Below, one piece after another: positions 7,646-14,603 of a DNA stretch of 14,603 bases. A program made the translations under genes and the position numbers. The stretch lies in NCBI GenBank assembly GCA_038217285.1, contig JBBQPO010000158.1, positions 1 through 14,603 of the forward strand, given 5' to 3'. Below the pieces are notes generated by a model. That model was not told where the DNA came from. It saw only the letters and a list, made by a program, of their open reading frames with translations, and searched no databases. The DNA comes from Chthonomonadales bacterium (GTDB lineage: Bacteria; Armatimonadota; Chthonomonadetes; Chthonomonadales; Chthonomonadaceae). Positions within the stretch are counted from its first letter, which is position 1. Every line of letters starts with the position of its first letter.

Positions 7646-8917
7646 GAGTGCAAAGGCGATACGTTCCTTCAGCGTAGGATGCGTGCCGAACCAGAAGTGC
7701 AGCAGCGCGGGCGGGTCCGGATCGGAAAAGTCCCGCTCCGCGAAACCGACCATGAGGCGGGCGGTCGCGGCGTGCAGGCCCGTCACACGCAGCCCGAACG
7801 TATCCGCCCGGTGTTCCAGATAGCGCGATTCGGCGTTGGCGATAGGATCCTGGGCCAACAGTGCGACGTTGAGGTAGAAGAAATAGAGAGGCAGGGCGGC
7901 GAGGTCGAAAAGACCACGCAGCCCTGTTTTGCTTCGGCGTATTCGGCGCTCCAGCAGTGGCATTAGGCGAAACGCGAGCAGGTAGAACGCGCCGGATCCG
8001 AGGGCCCCCGAGAGCAGCCCAAACCAGACATGCTTCTCGACATAGTGGCCCATCTCGTGTCCGATCATCGCCAGCAGTTGGTCTTCCGGCAGCGTCTGGA
8101 GCGCCGTGTCGTTCAGCACGATTCGCGCAGCCGGGCCGACACCGGTCACATAGGCGTTGACATGGGCGGTGCGGCGACTGGTATCCTCCACGAACACATC
8201 GGCGCGCGGCACGCCCGCCCGCGCCGCCAGCGTCAGAATCTTGGCGCGAAGCGGCCCGTCGCCAAGGGGAACATATCTGTTAAAGAGCGGCGCGATGACA
8301 GTGGGCTGCAAAATCAAAACCCCAATAAGCAACGGCAGCGTCAGCCCCCACATCCAGAGCCACCACCGATGCGGCGACCGCACGATGAGCCAGTAGAGGC
8401 CACAGAGCAACGGGGCGACGGCCATCTCGATACCCCAACCCTTCGCCGCGTCGTCCAGATACATTGCAAGACTCTCGTGAGAGAAACCGTATTGCCGCTC
8501 CGTCGCAAGTTCCGCCAGTCCGAACGGCATGTTCCAGAGTACCAGGATCAGCGTGTAGAGGCCGTAAAAGAGGAGAAGCGCCCGAAAAGCCGGGGGGAGG
8601 TTGTCCTCCGGCACAGGGCGCTGTAACAGGCGATAGACGAGGTCACGCAGCCGTCTCGAGCCTCCGGTACGCACAAAGAGCCATAGTCCCAGAAGGCTCC
8701 ATGCCAGGCCCACGAGGCCCAGCGCTCTCTGCGTGTGCCTGTAGGCGATAGCACGCGGGGGCAGATGGGGAGTATAAGGGTCCGAGCGCACGGCTGCGCT
8801 CGGACCCGCACTCACAGGCGGCGCAGGTTGAACTCGTCGTTGGGCGTCTATCGGCACGGCGACGAGCCACAACATCAGCGCGATAGCGAGGATCCAACCG
8901 GCAAGTTTACGAAGCAC
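7601..8917 (-). CDS. M48-family (Ste24/HtpX-like) membrane zinc metallopeptidase
   Basis: NAYVTGVG...RIVLNDT, HEMGH (HExxH), SRYLEHRAD, FGTHPTLKERI, several TM segments. Start probably GTG 8917 after GAGGAG; the ORF-track start at 9028 overlaps tpx. Confidence 0.9.
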   Translation of the reverse strand: MLRKLAGWILAIALMLWLVAVPIDAQRRVQPAPPVSAGPSAAVRSDPYTPHLPPRAIAYRHTQRALGLVGLAWSLLGLWLFVRTGGSRRLRDLVYRLLQRPVPEDNLPPAFRALLLFYGLYTLILVLWNMPFGLAELATERQYGFSHESLAMYLDDAAKGWGIEMAVAPLLCGLYWLIVRSPHRWWLWMWGLTLPLLIGVLILQPTVIAPLFNRYVPLGDGPLRAKILTLAARAGVPRADVFVEDTSRRTAHVNAYVTGVGPAARIVLNDTALQTLPEDQLLAMIGHEMGHYVEKHVWFGLLSGALGSGAFYLLAFRLMPLLERRIRRSKTGLRGLFDLAALPLYFFYLNVALLAQDPIANAESRYLEHRADTFGLRVTGLHAATARLMVGFAERDFSDPDPPALLHFWFGTHPTLKERIAFALSDEVKPDIPARSHP

Positions 8918-8960
8918 ACTTCGCTCCTCAACCTGGAAAAGCAGGGCTTCCGTTCGGTCT

Positions 8961-9479
8961 CTAACCGACGGCGGCGAGAATGGCGTCGTAGTTGGGTTCG
9001 CCGCTGATGTCGGGGACGTACTCGACATATTCGAGTGTGCCGTCCGGGCCGACGACGAAGGTCGAGCGGGCCAGGATGCGGACCATCGGGCCTCCGGCGA
9101 TCAGGACACCGTAGGACTTGCCAAAGTTCGTGTCGCGATGGTCGGAGGCACACTGGAGTTTATCGACGCCCTCCGCGCTGCAGAAGCGGGCCTGCGCGAA
9201 CGGCAGGTCGGTGCTGACCGTGACGATCGTGACATTCTCGGGCAGGGTTGCTGCTCTCTCATTGAACGTCTTGGTCTGGAGCGCGCAGACCGGTGTGTCG
9301 AGGGAGGGAACGACGGAGAGCAGCAGGGTCTTGCCCGCAAAGTCTGCCAGGGAGATATCGGCCAGACCGGTTGCCGTGCGCTGCTGCAGGATGAAATCAG
9401 GGGCCTTGTCGCCGACGTTGAGTTCTGGGCCGTCCAGCGGCATTGGGTTGCCGTGCAAGGCAGTGGTGCGATCAGACAT
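8961..9479 (-). CDS. tpx: Thiol peroxidase (atypical 2-Cys peroxiredoxin)
   Basis: VGDKAPDF, SVVPSLDTPVC (peroxidatic Cys), DLPFAQARFC (resolving Cys), EPNYD. GAGGAG RBS. Confidence 0.95.
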   Translation of the reverse strand: MSDRTTALHGNPMPLDGPELNVGDKAPDFILQQRTATGLADISLADFAGKTLLLSVVPSLDTPVCALQTKTFNERAATLPENVTIVTVSTDLPFAQARFCSAEGVDKLQCASDHRDTNFGKSYGVLIAGGPMVRILARSTFVVGPDGTLEYVEYVPDISGEPNYDAILAAVG

Positions 9480-9504
9480 GGATGTGTTCTCCTCGAGGGG
9501 GATT

Positions 9505-10188
9505 TTAGCTTATTGCGAGGGGCCTGCGCTCCTCGATATGGTCGAGCCGACCATCGGACAGGTGGTAGATGATGTCTGCCTCGGCGATCATCGCCGGGTC
9601 GTGAGTGACGACGACGACCGCGCCGCGTTCGCGATACGTCATCAACAGTTCGATGACGGCCCGGCCGTTGGCATGGTCGAGCGCTGCGGTCGGTTCGTCG
9701 GCGAAGAGCACGGCAGGGCGATTCATCATCGCGCGGGCGACGATGACGCGCTGGCGTTCGCCACCGGAGAGATGCGCGGGCGACCTGTCGGCAAGTGGCA
9801 GAATGTTCAGCTCGTCCAGCAGAGAGTCTACCCGCTGCAGCGCCTCTTTGTCCTCCCTCTGCGCGGCCACCAGCACATTTTCGCGCGCGGTCAGATAGTT
9901 GAGGAGAAACGGCTGCTGAAAGACGAAGCCAAATTTTTCGCGCCGCACCTGCACACGTTCCGACTCCTTCATCTGCGTGAGGCTGCGCCCTTCGTAGAGA
10001 ATATCGCCGCTCGACGGCTGTTTCAGGCCGCTGAGCAGGTAGAGAAGCGAGCTTTTGCCCGAACCGGAGGGCCCCATGATACCGAGAAAACCGCGTTTGG
10101 GGAAGGCTGCCGTGATCTCACGAACCGCGTAGGTGAGTTGATCGCCGTCGCCGTAGCGGAGACTGACGTTTTCCGCCCGCAGACTCAT
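9505..10188 (-). CDS. ABC transporter ATP-binding protein, LolD/MacB/FtsE-like
   Basis: Walker A GPSGSGKS, Q-loop FGFVFQQ, signature LSGGERQR, Walker B LFADEPT, H-loop VTHD. 4-nt overlap with the upstream gene. Confidence 0.92.
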   Translation of the reverse strand: MSLRAENVSLRYGDGDQLTYAVREITAAFPKRGFLGIMGPSGSGKSSLLYLLSGLKQPSSGDILYEGRSLTQMKESERVQVRREKFGFVFQQPFLLNYLTARENVLVAAQREDKEALQRVDSLLDELNILPLADRSPAHLSGGERQRVIVARAMMNRPAVLFADEPTAALDHANGRAVIELLMTYRERGAVVVVTHDPAMIAEADIIYHLSDGRLDHIEERRPLAIS

Positions 10189-10610
10189 CGGTCAGGGTCT
10201 CGCGGTCGCGGCGGGCGGCCCTCCCCCACATCGAGAACCACCTGAGCGCGGCTGCCACCCTGCGGCAGGCCGACGAACCGCACGGCCGTACCGATGGCGG
10301 TCACCTCCATCCACTCACCGCCGTGCAGGTAGTCGATACGCAGATCCACGCCGATGACTCCGTCCGCGCCCAGCGCATCGGCTTCCGCCTGCATGCGGGC
10401 CAGCGCCAACTCGCGGGCATCGTACATCAGGCGGGAGACATCCTGTACTTCGCCCCTAAAGGCGCCCTTTATATTCGCCAGCCAGCCTCGAAACGCGCCC
10501 ATCGAGTAGACGCAGTTGCCCAGCACCATGCCGAGGGGCTGATAGCCCTTGTCCACGACGAGCCAGAACTCCTGCCCGCTCAGATCGGAAGTGAATGCAC
10601 GTCCTGCCAA
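10185..10610 (-). CDS. YbjQ/UPF0145-like putative heavy-metal-binding domain protein
   Basis: FTSDLSGQEFWL...GYQPLGMVLGNCVY, ARELALARMQAEADALGADGVIGV, EVTAIGTAV. TTG start with GGAGG RBS. Confidence 0.82.
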   Translation of the reverse strand: MAGRAFTSDLSGQEFWLVVDKGYQPLGMVLGNCVYSMGAFRGWLANIKGAFRGEVQDVSRLMYDARELALARMQAEADALGADGVIGVDLRIDYLHGGEWMEVTAIGTAVRFVGLPQGGSRAQVVLDVGEGRPPRPRDPDR

Positions 10611-10694
10611 AAGTTCGGTCCTCCCTGTTCGCTCACGCTCTTTCCATTGAATACGGACAAGCGTCCGGAAACGACGGCGAAAAGAGGGAATATG

Positions 10695-10733
10695 AATATT
10701 TTTAGTCGAGGCTAAAAATATTTTTGCCGAGGC
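10695..10733. promoter_or_regulatory. Candidate DtxR/MntR-family operator (palindrome plus degenerate tandem copy)
   Basis: Perfect 11-bp arms AATATTTTTAG (10695-10705) -N6- CTAAAAATATT (10712-10722). Direct repeat AATATTTTTAGTCGAGGC (10695-10712) / AATATTTTTGCCGAGGC (10717-10733), ending 1 nt before the -35 box. Confidence 0.65.
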
Positions 10734-10734
10734 A

Positions 10735-10764
10735 TTGACGTGCGGTTACTATTGGTGATACAAT
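10735..10764 (+). promoter_or_regulatory. Sigma70-type promoter of the dtxR-feo cluster
   Basis: TTGACG (10735-10740), 18-nt spacer, extended -10 TGaTACAAT (TACAAT = 10759-10764). Confidence 0.6.
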
Positions 10765-10802
10765 AAAATAGGGTTCAGATTACCGTGACAGGAGCGAAGA
10801 GG

Positions 10803-11537
10803 ATGCCGACAAAAGAGATGCGGGACGTGCAGTTGCGGGTTCCCGCGACCTGTCGCCCTAAAGCAGCGCGGGATCGTGAGAAGCACGAGCTGACGGAGAG
10901 CATCGAAGAGTATACCGAAGGCATCTATCGTCTGCAGGAAGAGATGGAGGTCGTCAGTACCGGCGACATCGCGAAGTATATGTGCGTCTCGCCCGCCTCC
11001 GTCACCACGATGCTCAAGCGGCTCGCCGAGATTGGCCTGGTCGAGCATACGCCTTATCAGGGCGTGCGGCTGACGGTGAAAGGGGAGAACCTTTCTATCT
11101 CGCTGCTGCGCAAGCATCGGCTGCTCGAACGGATGCTCGTGGATTTCCTCGAACTGCCGTGGGAAGACGTCCACGATCTGGCCTGCAAACTCGAACACTA
11201 TGTCAGCGAAGACGTGACGGACCGGATCGCCAAAGCCCTCAACTACCCGACGACCTGCCCGCATGGCAATCCGGTGGACGCGACCGAGAAGGACAATGCC
11301 CGTCGGCTGGCCGAATGTACGGTCGGTGAAACGGTCAATGTGAAGCGTATCTCCGACGAGCGCCTCGAATTTCTGACCTATGTGCTGGAGATCGGTCTGA
11401 CTCCGCAGACGCAACTGACGGTAAAGGCGCGCACTCCGTTCGGGGACGTGATGACCCTGCGTGTCGAAGGCCGGGACGAAGCGGTAGCGATAGGGCGCGA
11501 CGTCGCCAACAGCATCTTCGTCTCCCGCGAAGAGTAG
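10803..11537 (+). CDS. DtxR/MntR/IdeR-family metal-dependent transcriptional regulator with C-terminal FeoA-like (SH3) domain
   Basis: SIEEYTEGIY, HTH DIAKYMCVSPASVTTMLKRL, LRKHRLLERML, VHDLACKLEH, PTTCPHGNP, FeoA-like C-terminus. Start ATG 10803 with AGGAG 8 nt upstream; the ORF track uses GTG 10785. Confidence 0.92.
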   Translation: MPTKEMRDVQLRVPATCRPKAARDREKHELTESIEEYTEGIYRLQEEMEVVSTGDIAKYMCVSPASVTTMLKRLAEIGLVEHTPYQGVRLTVKGENLSISLLRKHRLLERMLVDFLELPWEDVHDLACKLEHYVSEDVTDRIAKALNYPTTCPHGNPVDATEKDNARRLAECTVGETVNVKRISDERLEFLTYVLEIGLTPQTQLTVKARTPFGDVMTLRVEGRDEAVAIGRDVANSIFVSREE

Positions 11538-11669
11538 GTTTTTCTGTTTCTATCGATCCGAGTGGCAAAAGGAAACTTCTGCCGGGCATTTACGTCATAG
11601 AACACACGAGCCTGATGAAACAGGCCGTTTTTACGCCAGAAACGAACTAGAACGGGGACGATCTCTCGA

Positions 11670-12074
11670 ATGCACCCCTCAGATAATAGACCGCATTGTA
11701 AAACTCGGAATCTGCTGGACTGGCTGCGTGGCCAGAAACAGCGGCAGCGCTTCGCTGGCTCGGCCCAGTCCGCGCTCGATGCGTCCGAGCAGGAGCACGT
11801 GCCGGGCGAAAGCCACGGCGCGCTCTATCGCGCTGGCCTGACGCTTGCCGAACTGCAGCCCGGCGAGTGCGGCACGGTGCGCCGCCTTATCGGAGCCTCG
11901 CAGGGCAGGTTGCGCCTCCTGGAGATGGGCCTGACGCCCGGCGTCCACATCAAAATGGTGCGGGCGGCGGCGTTCGGCGGCCCGCTGGATATTCTGGTGC
12001 GCGGCTATCAGCTTTCTCTGCGCCGCGACGAAGCCGCTTCTGTCTGGCTGGACGATGAGGAACCCTCGAAATGA
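11670..12074 (+). CDS. feoA: Ferrous iron transport protein A
   Basis: TLAELQPGECGTV...RLRLLEMGLTPG...RAAAFGGPL...VRGYQLSLRRDEA. ATGA overlap with feoB. Start uncertain because of a ~55-aa N-terminal extension. Confidence 0.9.
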   Translation: MHPSDNRPHCKTRNLLDWLRGQKQRQRFAGSAQSALDASEQEHVPGESHGALYRAGLTLAELQPGECGTVRRLIGASQGRLRLLEMGLTPGVHIKMVRAAAFGGPLDILVRGYQLSLRRDEAASVWLDDEEPSK

Positions 12075-14221
12075 TCGCTCCCGTTGCCACTGTCGGCAAC
12101 GCAACCAAACCTCTGTTCGTTGCGCTGGTCGGCAATCCTAACTGTGGGAAGACCACCCTCTTCAATGCGCTCACGGGCCTGCGCCAGAAGGTAGGCAACT
12201 ACCCCGGCGTCACCGTCGAGAAGAAGGAGGGCCGAGTCACGCTGCCGAATGGCGAGACCGCCCGCCTGCTCGATCTGCCCGGCCTCTACTCCCTGACCCC
12301 CAACTCGCCCGACGAAACGATCTCCCGCGAAGTGCTCATGGGCCTGCGTGCCGACACCCCCGCGCCGGATCTTATCCTGAACATCGTGGACGCCTCCAAT
12401 TTGGAGCGCAATCTCTACCTGACCAGCCAACTGCTCGATCTGGGCACACCGGTCATCGTCGCCCTGACCATGACCGATGCCGCCGATAAAGAGGGAATGA
12501 CGATCAGGGCTGCGGTGTTGGAGAAGCAGCTTGGCGTCCCCGTGCGTGTCGTCGTCGCGTCGCGCCGCCAGGGGCTGAAAGAGCTGCTGGCGACCCTCGA
12601 GAAGGGGCGTGATCTGCCGTTCCCCGCCCCTGCCTGGACGGTGCCGCCGGAGATCGCCGCCGATGTCGAAGAGCTGCGGACGGAGCTGGAGATCGAGCAC
12701 CATCTGCCGCCCCGGCTCGCCTTCGCGGAGTCCATTACGCTGCTGATGCAGGAGAACGACATCGTCTCCGCCCCGCATCTCTCCCCGACGATCCTGGATC
12801 TGGCCCGAAAGACACGGGAGCGCCTGGCGGATCATGAGGTCGATTTCGCCGCAGTCGCCATCGAAGCGCGCTACGGCTGGATTACGAAGGTCTGCACAGG
12901 AGTCGTGTCGCAAGAGGTCAGGCCGAAGCGTTCGCCGCTGCTCTCCCATGAGAAGATCGACCGCCTCGTGATGCATCCCTTCTGGGGCTATGTGCTGTTC
13001 TTCGTCGTGATGACGGCGGTCTTTCAGTCCATCTTTACGATCGGGCAGGCGCCCGTCGATTTTCTCAAGGCCGGTGTCGATAAGCTGGGCGTGCTCCTCA
13101 CGCACTCGATGCCCGCCGGGGATCTGCGCGATCTCTTCCGCAGCGGCATTCTGGGTGGGGTGGGGAACACCATCGGATTTCTGCCGCAGATCCTGCTGCT
13201 CTTCTTCTTCATCAGCCTGCTCGAAGATACCGGCTACATGGCGCGCGCGGCCTTCCTGATGGATCGGCTGATGAGCAAGGTCGGCCTGCACGGCAAGAGC
13301 TTTATCCCGCTGCTCTCCTCCTTCGCCTGCGCCATTCCGGCGATCATGGCGACACGCACGATCGGGGACCGCAAGGCGCGGCTGATCACCATCCTGGTCG
13401 CGCCTCTCATGTCCTGTTCGGCCCGTCTGCCCGTCTACGCCCTGATGATCGGCGCGTTCATTCCCGGCAGGCGTGTGCTCGGCATCGGTGGCCTGACGCT
13501 GCTGACCCTGCCCGGCGTCACGCTGGTCACCATGTATTTCCTGGGGATGACGGCGGCGTTCTGTATGGCCTGGCTGTTCCACCGGACGCTGTTGAAAGGG
13601 GTCGCGCCGACATTCCTACTGGAGCTGCCGCCCTACCGTCTACCGAGCCTGAAGACGGTCATCTTTCAGATGATCGAGCGGGCCGGCCTGTTCCTGAAAC
13701 GCGCTGCGACGGTAATTCTGGCCGTCTCGGTGGTCCTCTGGGCGCTCGCCTACTATCCGAAACATCCGGAGCTTCCTACACGGCAGGCGCGACTGGAGCA
13801 CTCCTTCGTCGGCTATCTGGGACGTGGGATCGAGCCTGCCATCGCACCGCTGGGCTTCGACTGGAAGATGGGCGTGGGGATCGTCTCATCGTTCGTGGCG
13901 CGGGAGGTGTTCGTCTCGGCGATGGGCACGGTCTACAATGTCGAGGATGCCGACACCGACACGGGGCAGGTGGACCTGCGGAACAAACTGCGCGACGACA
14001 TCGACCCACGCACAGGCCGTCACGTCTTCACCCCGCTGACCGCCGTCTGTTTGATGGTCTACTATGTGCTGGCCATGCAGTGTATGTCCACCGTCGCAGT
14101 CGTTCGCCGCGAAACCAACGGCTGGAAATGGCCGCTGTTTCAGATCGCTTATATGACCGGTCTGGCCTGGGGCGTGACGTTCCTGGTCTACCACGTCGGT
14201 CATCTGCTCGGTTTCCAGTAG
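12071..14221 (+). CDS. feoB: Ferrous iron transport protein B
   Basis: G1 GNPNCGKT, G2 NYPGVTVE, G3 DLPG, DASNLERN, LEDTGYMARAAF, FACAIPA, MSCSARLPVY, ELPPYRLP, AREVFVS. Confidence 0.97.
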   Translation: MIAPVATVGNATKPLFVALVGNPNCGKTTLFNALTGLRQKVGNYPGVTVEKKEGRVTLPNGETARLLDLPGLYSLTPNSPDETISREVLMGLRADTPAPDLILNIVDASNLERNLYLTSQLLDLGTPVIVALTMTDAADKEGMTIRAAVLEKQLGVPVRVVVASRRQGLKELLATLEKGRDLPFPAPAWTVPPEIAADVEELRTELEIEHHLPPRLAFAESITLLMQENDIVSAPHLSPTILDLARKTRERLADHEVDFAAVAIEARYGWITKVCTGVVSQEVRPKRSPLLSHEKIDRLVMHPFWGYVLFFVVMTAVFQSIFTIGQAPVDFLKAGVDKLGVLLTHSMPAGDLRDLFRSGILGGVGNTIGFLPQILLLFFFISLLEDTGYMARAAFLMDRLMSKVGLHGKSFIPLLSSFACAIPAIMATRTIGDRKARLITILVAPLMSCSARLPVYALMIGAFIPGRRVLGIGGLTLLTLPGVTLVTMYFLGMTAAFCMAWLFHRTLLKGVAPTFLLELPPYRLPSLKTVIFQMIERAGLFLKRAATVILAVSVVLWALAYYPKHPELPTRQARLEHSFVGYLGRGIEPAIAPLGFDWKMGVGIVSSFVAREVFVSAMGTVYNVEDADTDTGQVDLRNKLRDDIDPRTGRHVFTPLTAVCLMVYYVLAMQCMSTVAVVRRETNGWKWPLFQIAYMTGLAWGVTFLVYHVGHLLGFQ

Positions 14222-14237
14222 AAAGGAGCCGCTCGCT

Positions 14238-14459
14238 ATGTCTGCTCAACAACTGATCGCTCTGCTCATCGTCGCCGTCGCCGCGCTCTATCTTGGCCGC
14301 AGCCTCGTCGCCTCCGCCCGCAACTTCTTCAGCAACAAAAGCGAAGGATGCGGCGGCTGCGGCAAATGCGCCTTCGCCGAAAAACCGCAGTCCAAACCCG
14401 CTGCCGCGCGCCCCAACATCATTCCCTTGACTGACATTCGTACCCTCCCCAAGAAGTAG
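14238..14459 (+). CDS. FeoB-associated Cys-rich membrane protein
   Basis: N-terminal TM helix followed by CGGCGKC; AAAGGAG RBS; directly follows feoB. Confidence 0.8.
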   Translation: MSAQQLIALLIVAVAALYLGRSLVASARNFFSNKSEGCGGCGKCAFAEKPQSKPAAARPNIIPLTDIRTLPKK

Positions 14460-14478
14460 TCGAGAAACTCCAGATTCC

Positions 14479-14603
14479 AGGGACGTTGTCCCTCGCTGCT
14501 TTCAAGGGACGTTGTCCCTCGCTGCTTTCAAGGGACGTTGTCCCTCGCTGCTTTCAAGGGACGTTGTCCCTCGCTGCTTTCAAGGGACGTTGTCCCTCGC
14601 TGC
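14479..14603. repeat. Perfect 26-bp tandem repeat with internal palindrome, at least 4.8 copies, truncated by the window end
   Basis: Unit AGGGACGTTGTCCCTCGCTGCTTTCA starts at 14479, 14505, 14531, 14557 and 14583 (last copy partial, 21 nt). Each unit contains AGGGAC-gtt-GTCCCT. Confidence 0.97.

Noticed and set aside
11611..11645. Hammerhead ribozyme (CTGATGA...GAAAC)
   Set aside because: Core words are present, but stem II does not close onto GAAA and flanking stems cannot be formed.
12008..13582. 524-aa antisense ORF
   Set aside because: Shadow of feoB in GC-rich DNA with no recognisable motifs. The same applies to 2997..3848, 3878..4756, 5127..6161, 6701..7378, 9118..10245 and 10749..11414.
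14479..14603. CRISPR array
   Set aside because: Units are directly abutting and identical, with no unique spacers, and no cas genes or leader are in the window.

Overview
GC-rich bacterial chromosomal window, mostly housekeeping. In order: a 5'-truncated SMP-30/gluconolactonase-like beta-propeller gene ending in a perfect 16-bp hairpin; a type IV toxin-antitoxin (AbiE) cassette with an intact AbiEi antitoxin and an AbiEii nucleotidyltransferase toxin that appears broken by an internal deletion plus frameshift; a minus-strand run (DUF4015-like putative glycoside hydrolase, sugar-phosphate isomerase/epimerase, folC) divergent from tyrS; a minus-strand run (YbjQ-like protein, orphan LolD-type ABC ATPase, tpx, M48 peptidase) divergent from a DtxR-family regulator, feoA, feoB and a FeoB-associated Cys-rich protein; and a perfect 26-bp palindrome-containing tandem repeat running off the right edge. 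I see no clearly new multi-gene system. The best leads are the apparent microhomology scar in abiEii, the candidate AbiEi and DtxR operators, the spacer-less hairpin repeat array, and motif variants in TyrRS (HLGF) and FeoB (G4 TMTD). All family calls come from motif recognition; no database search was run.
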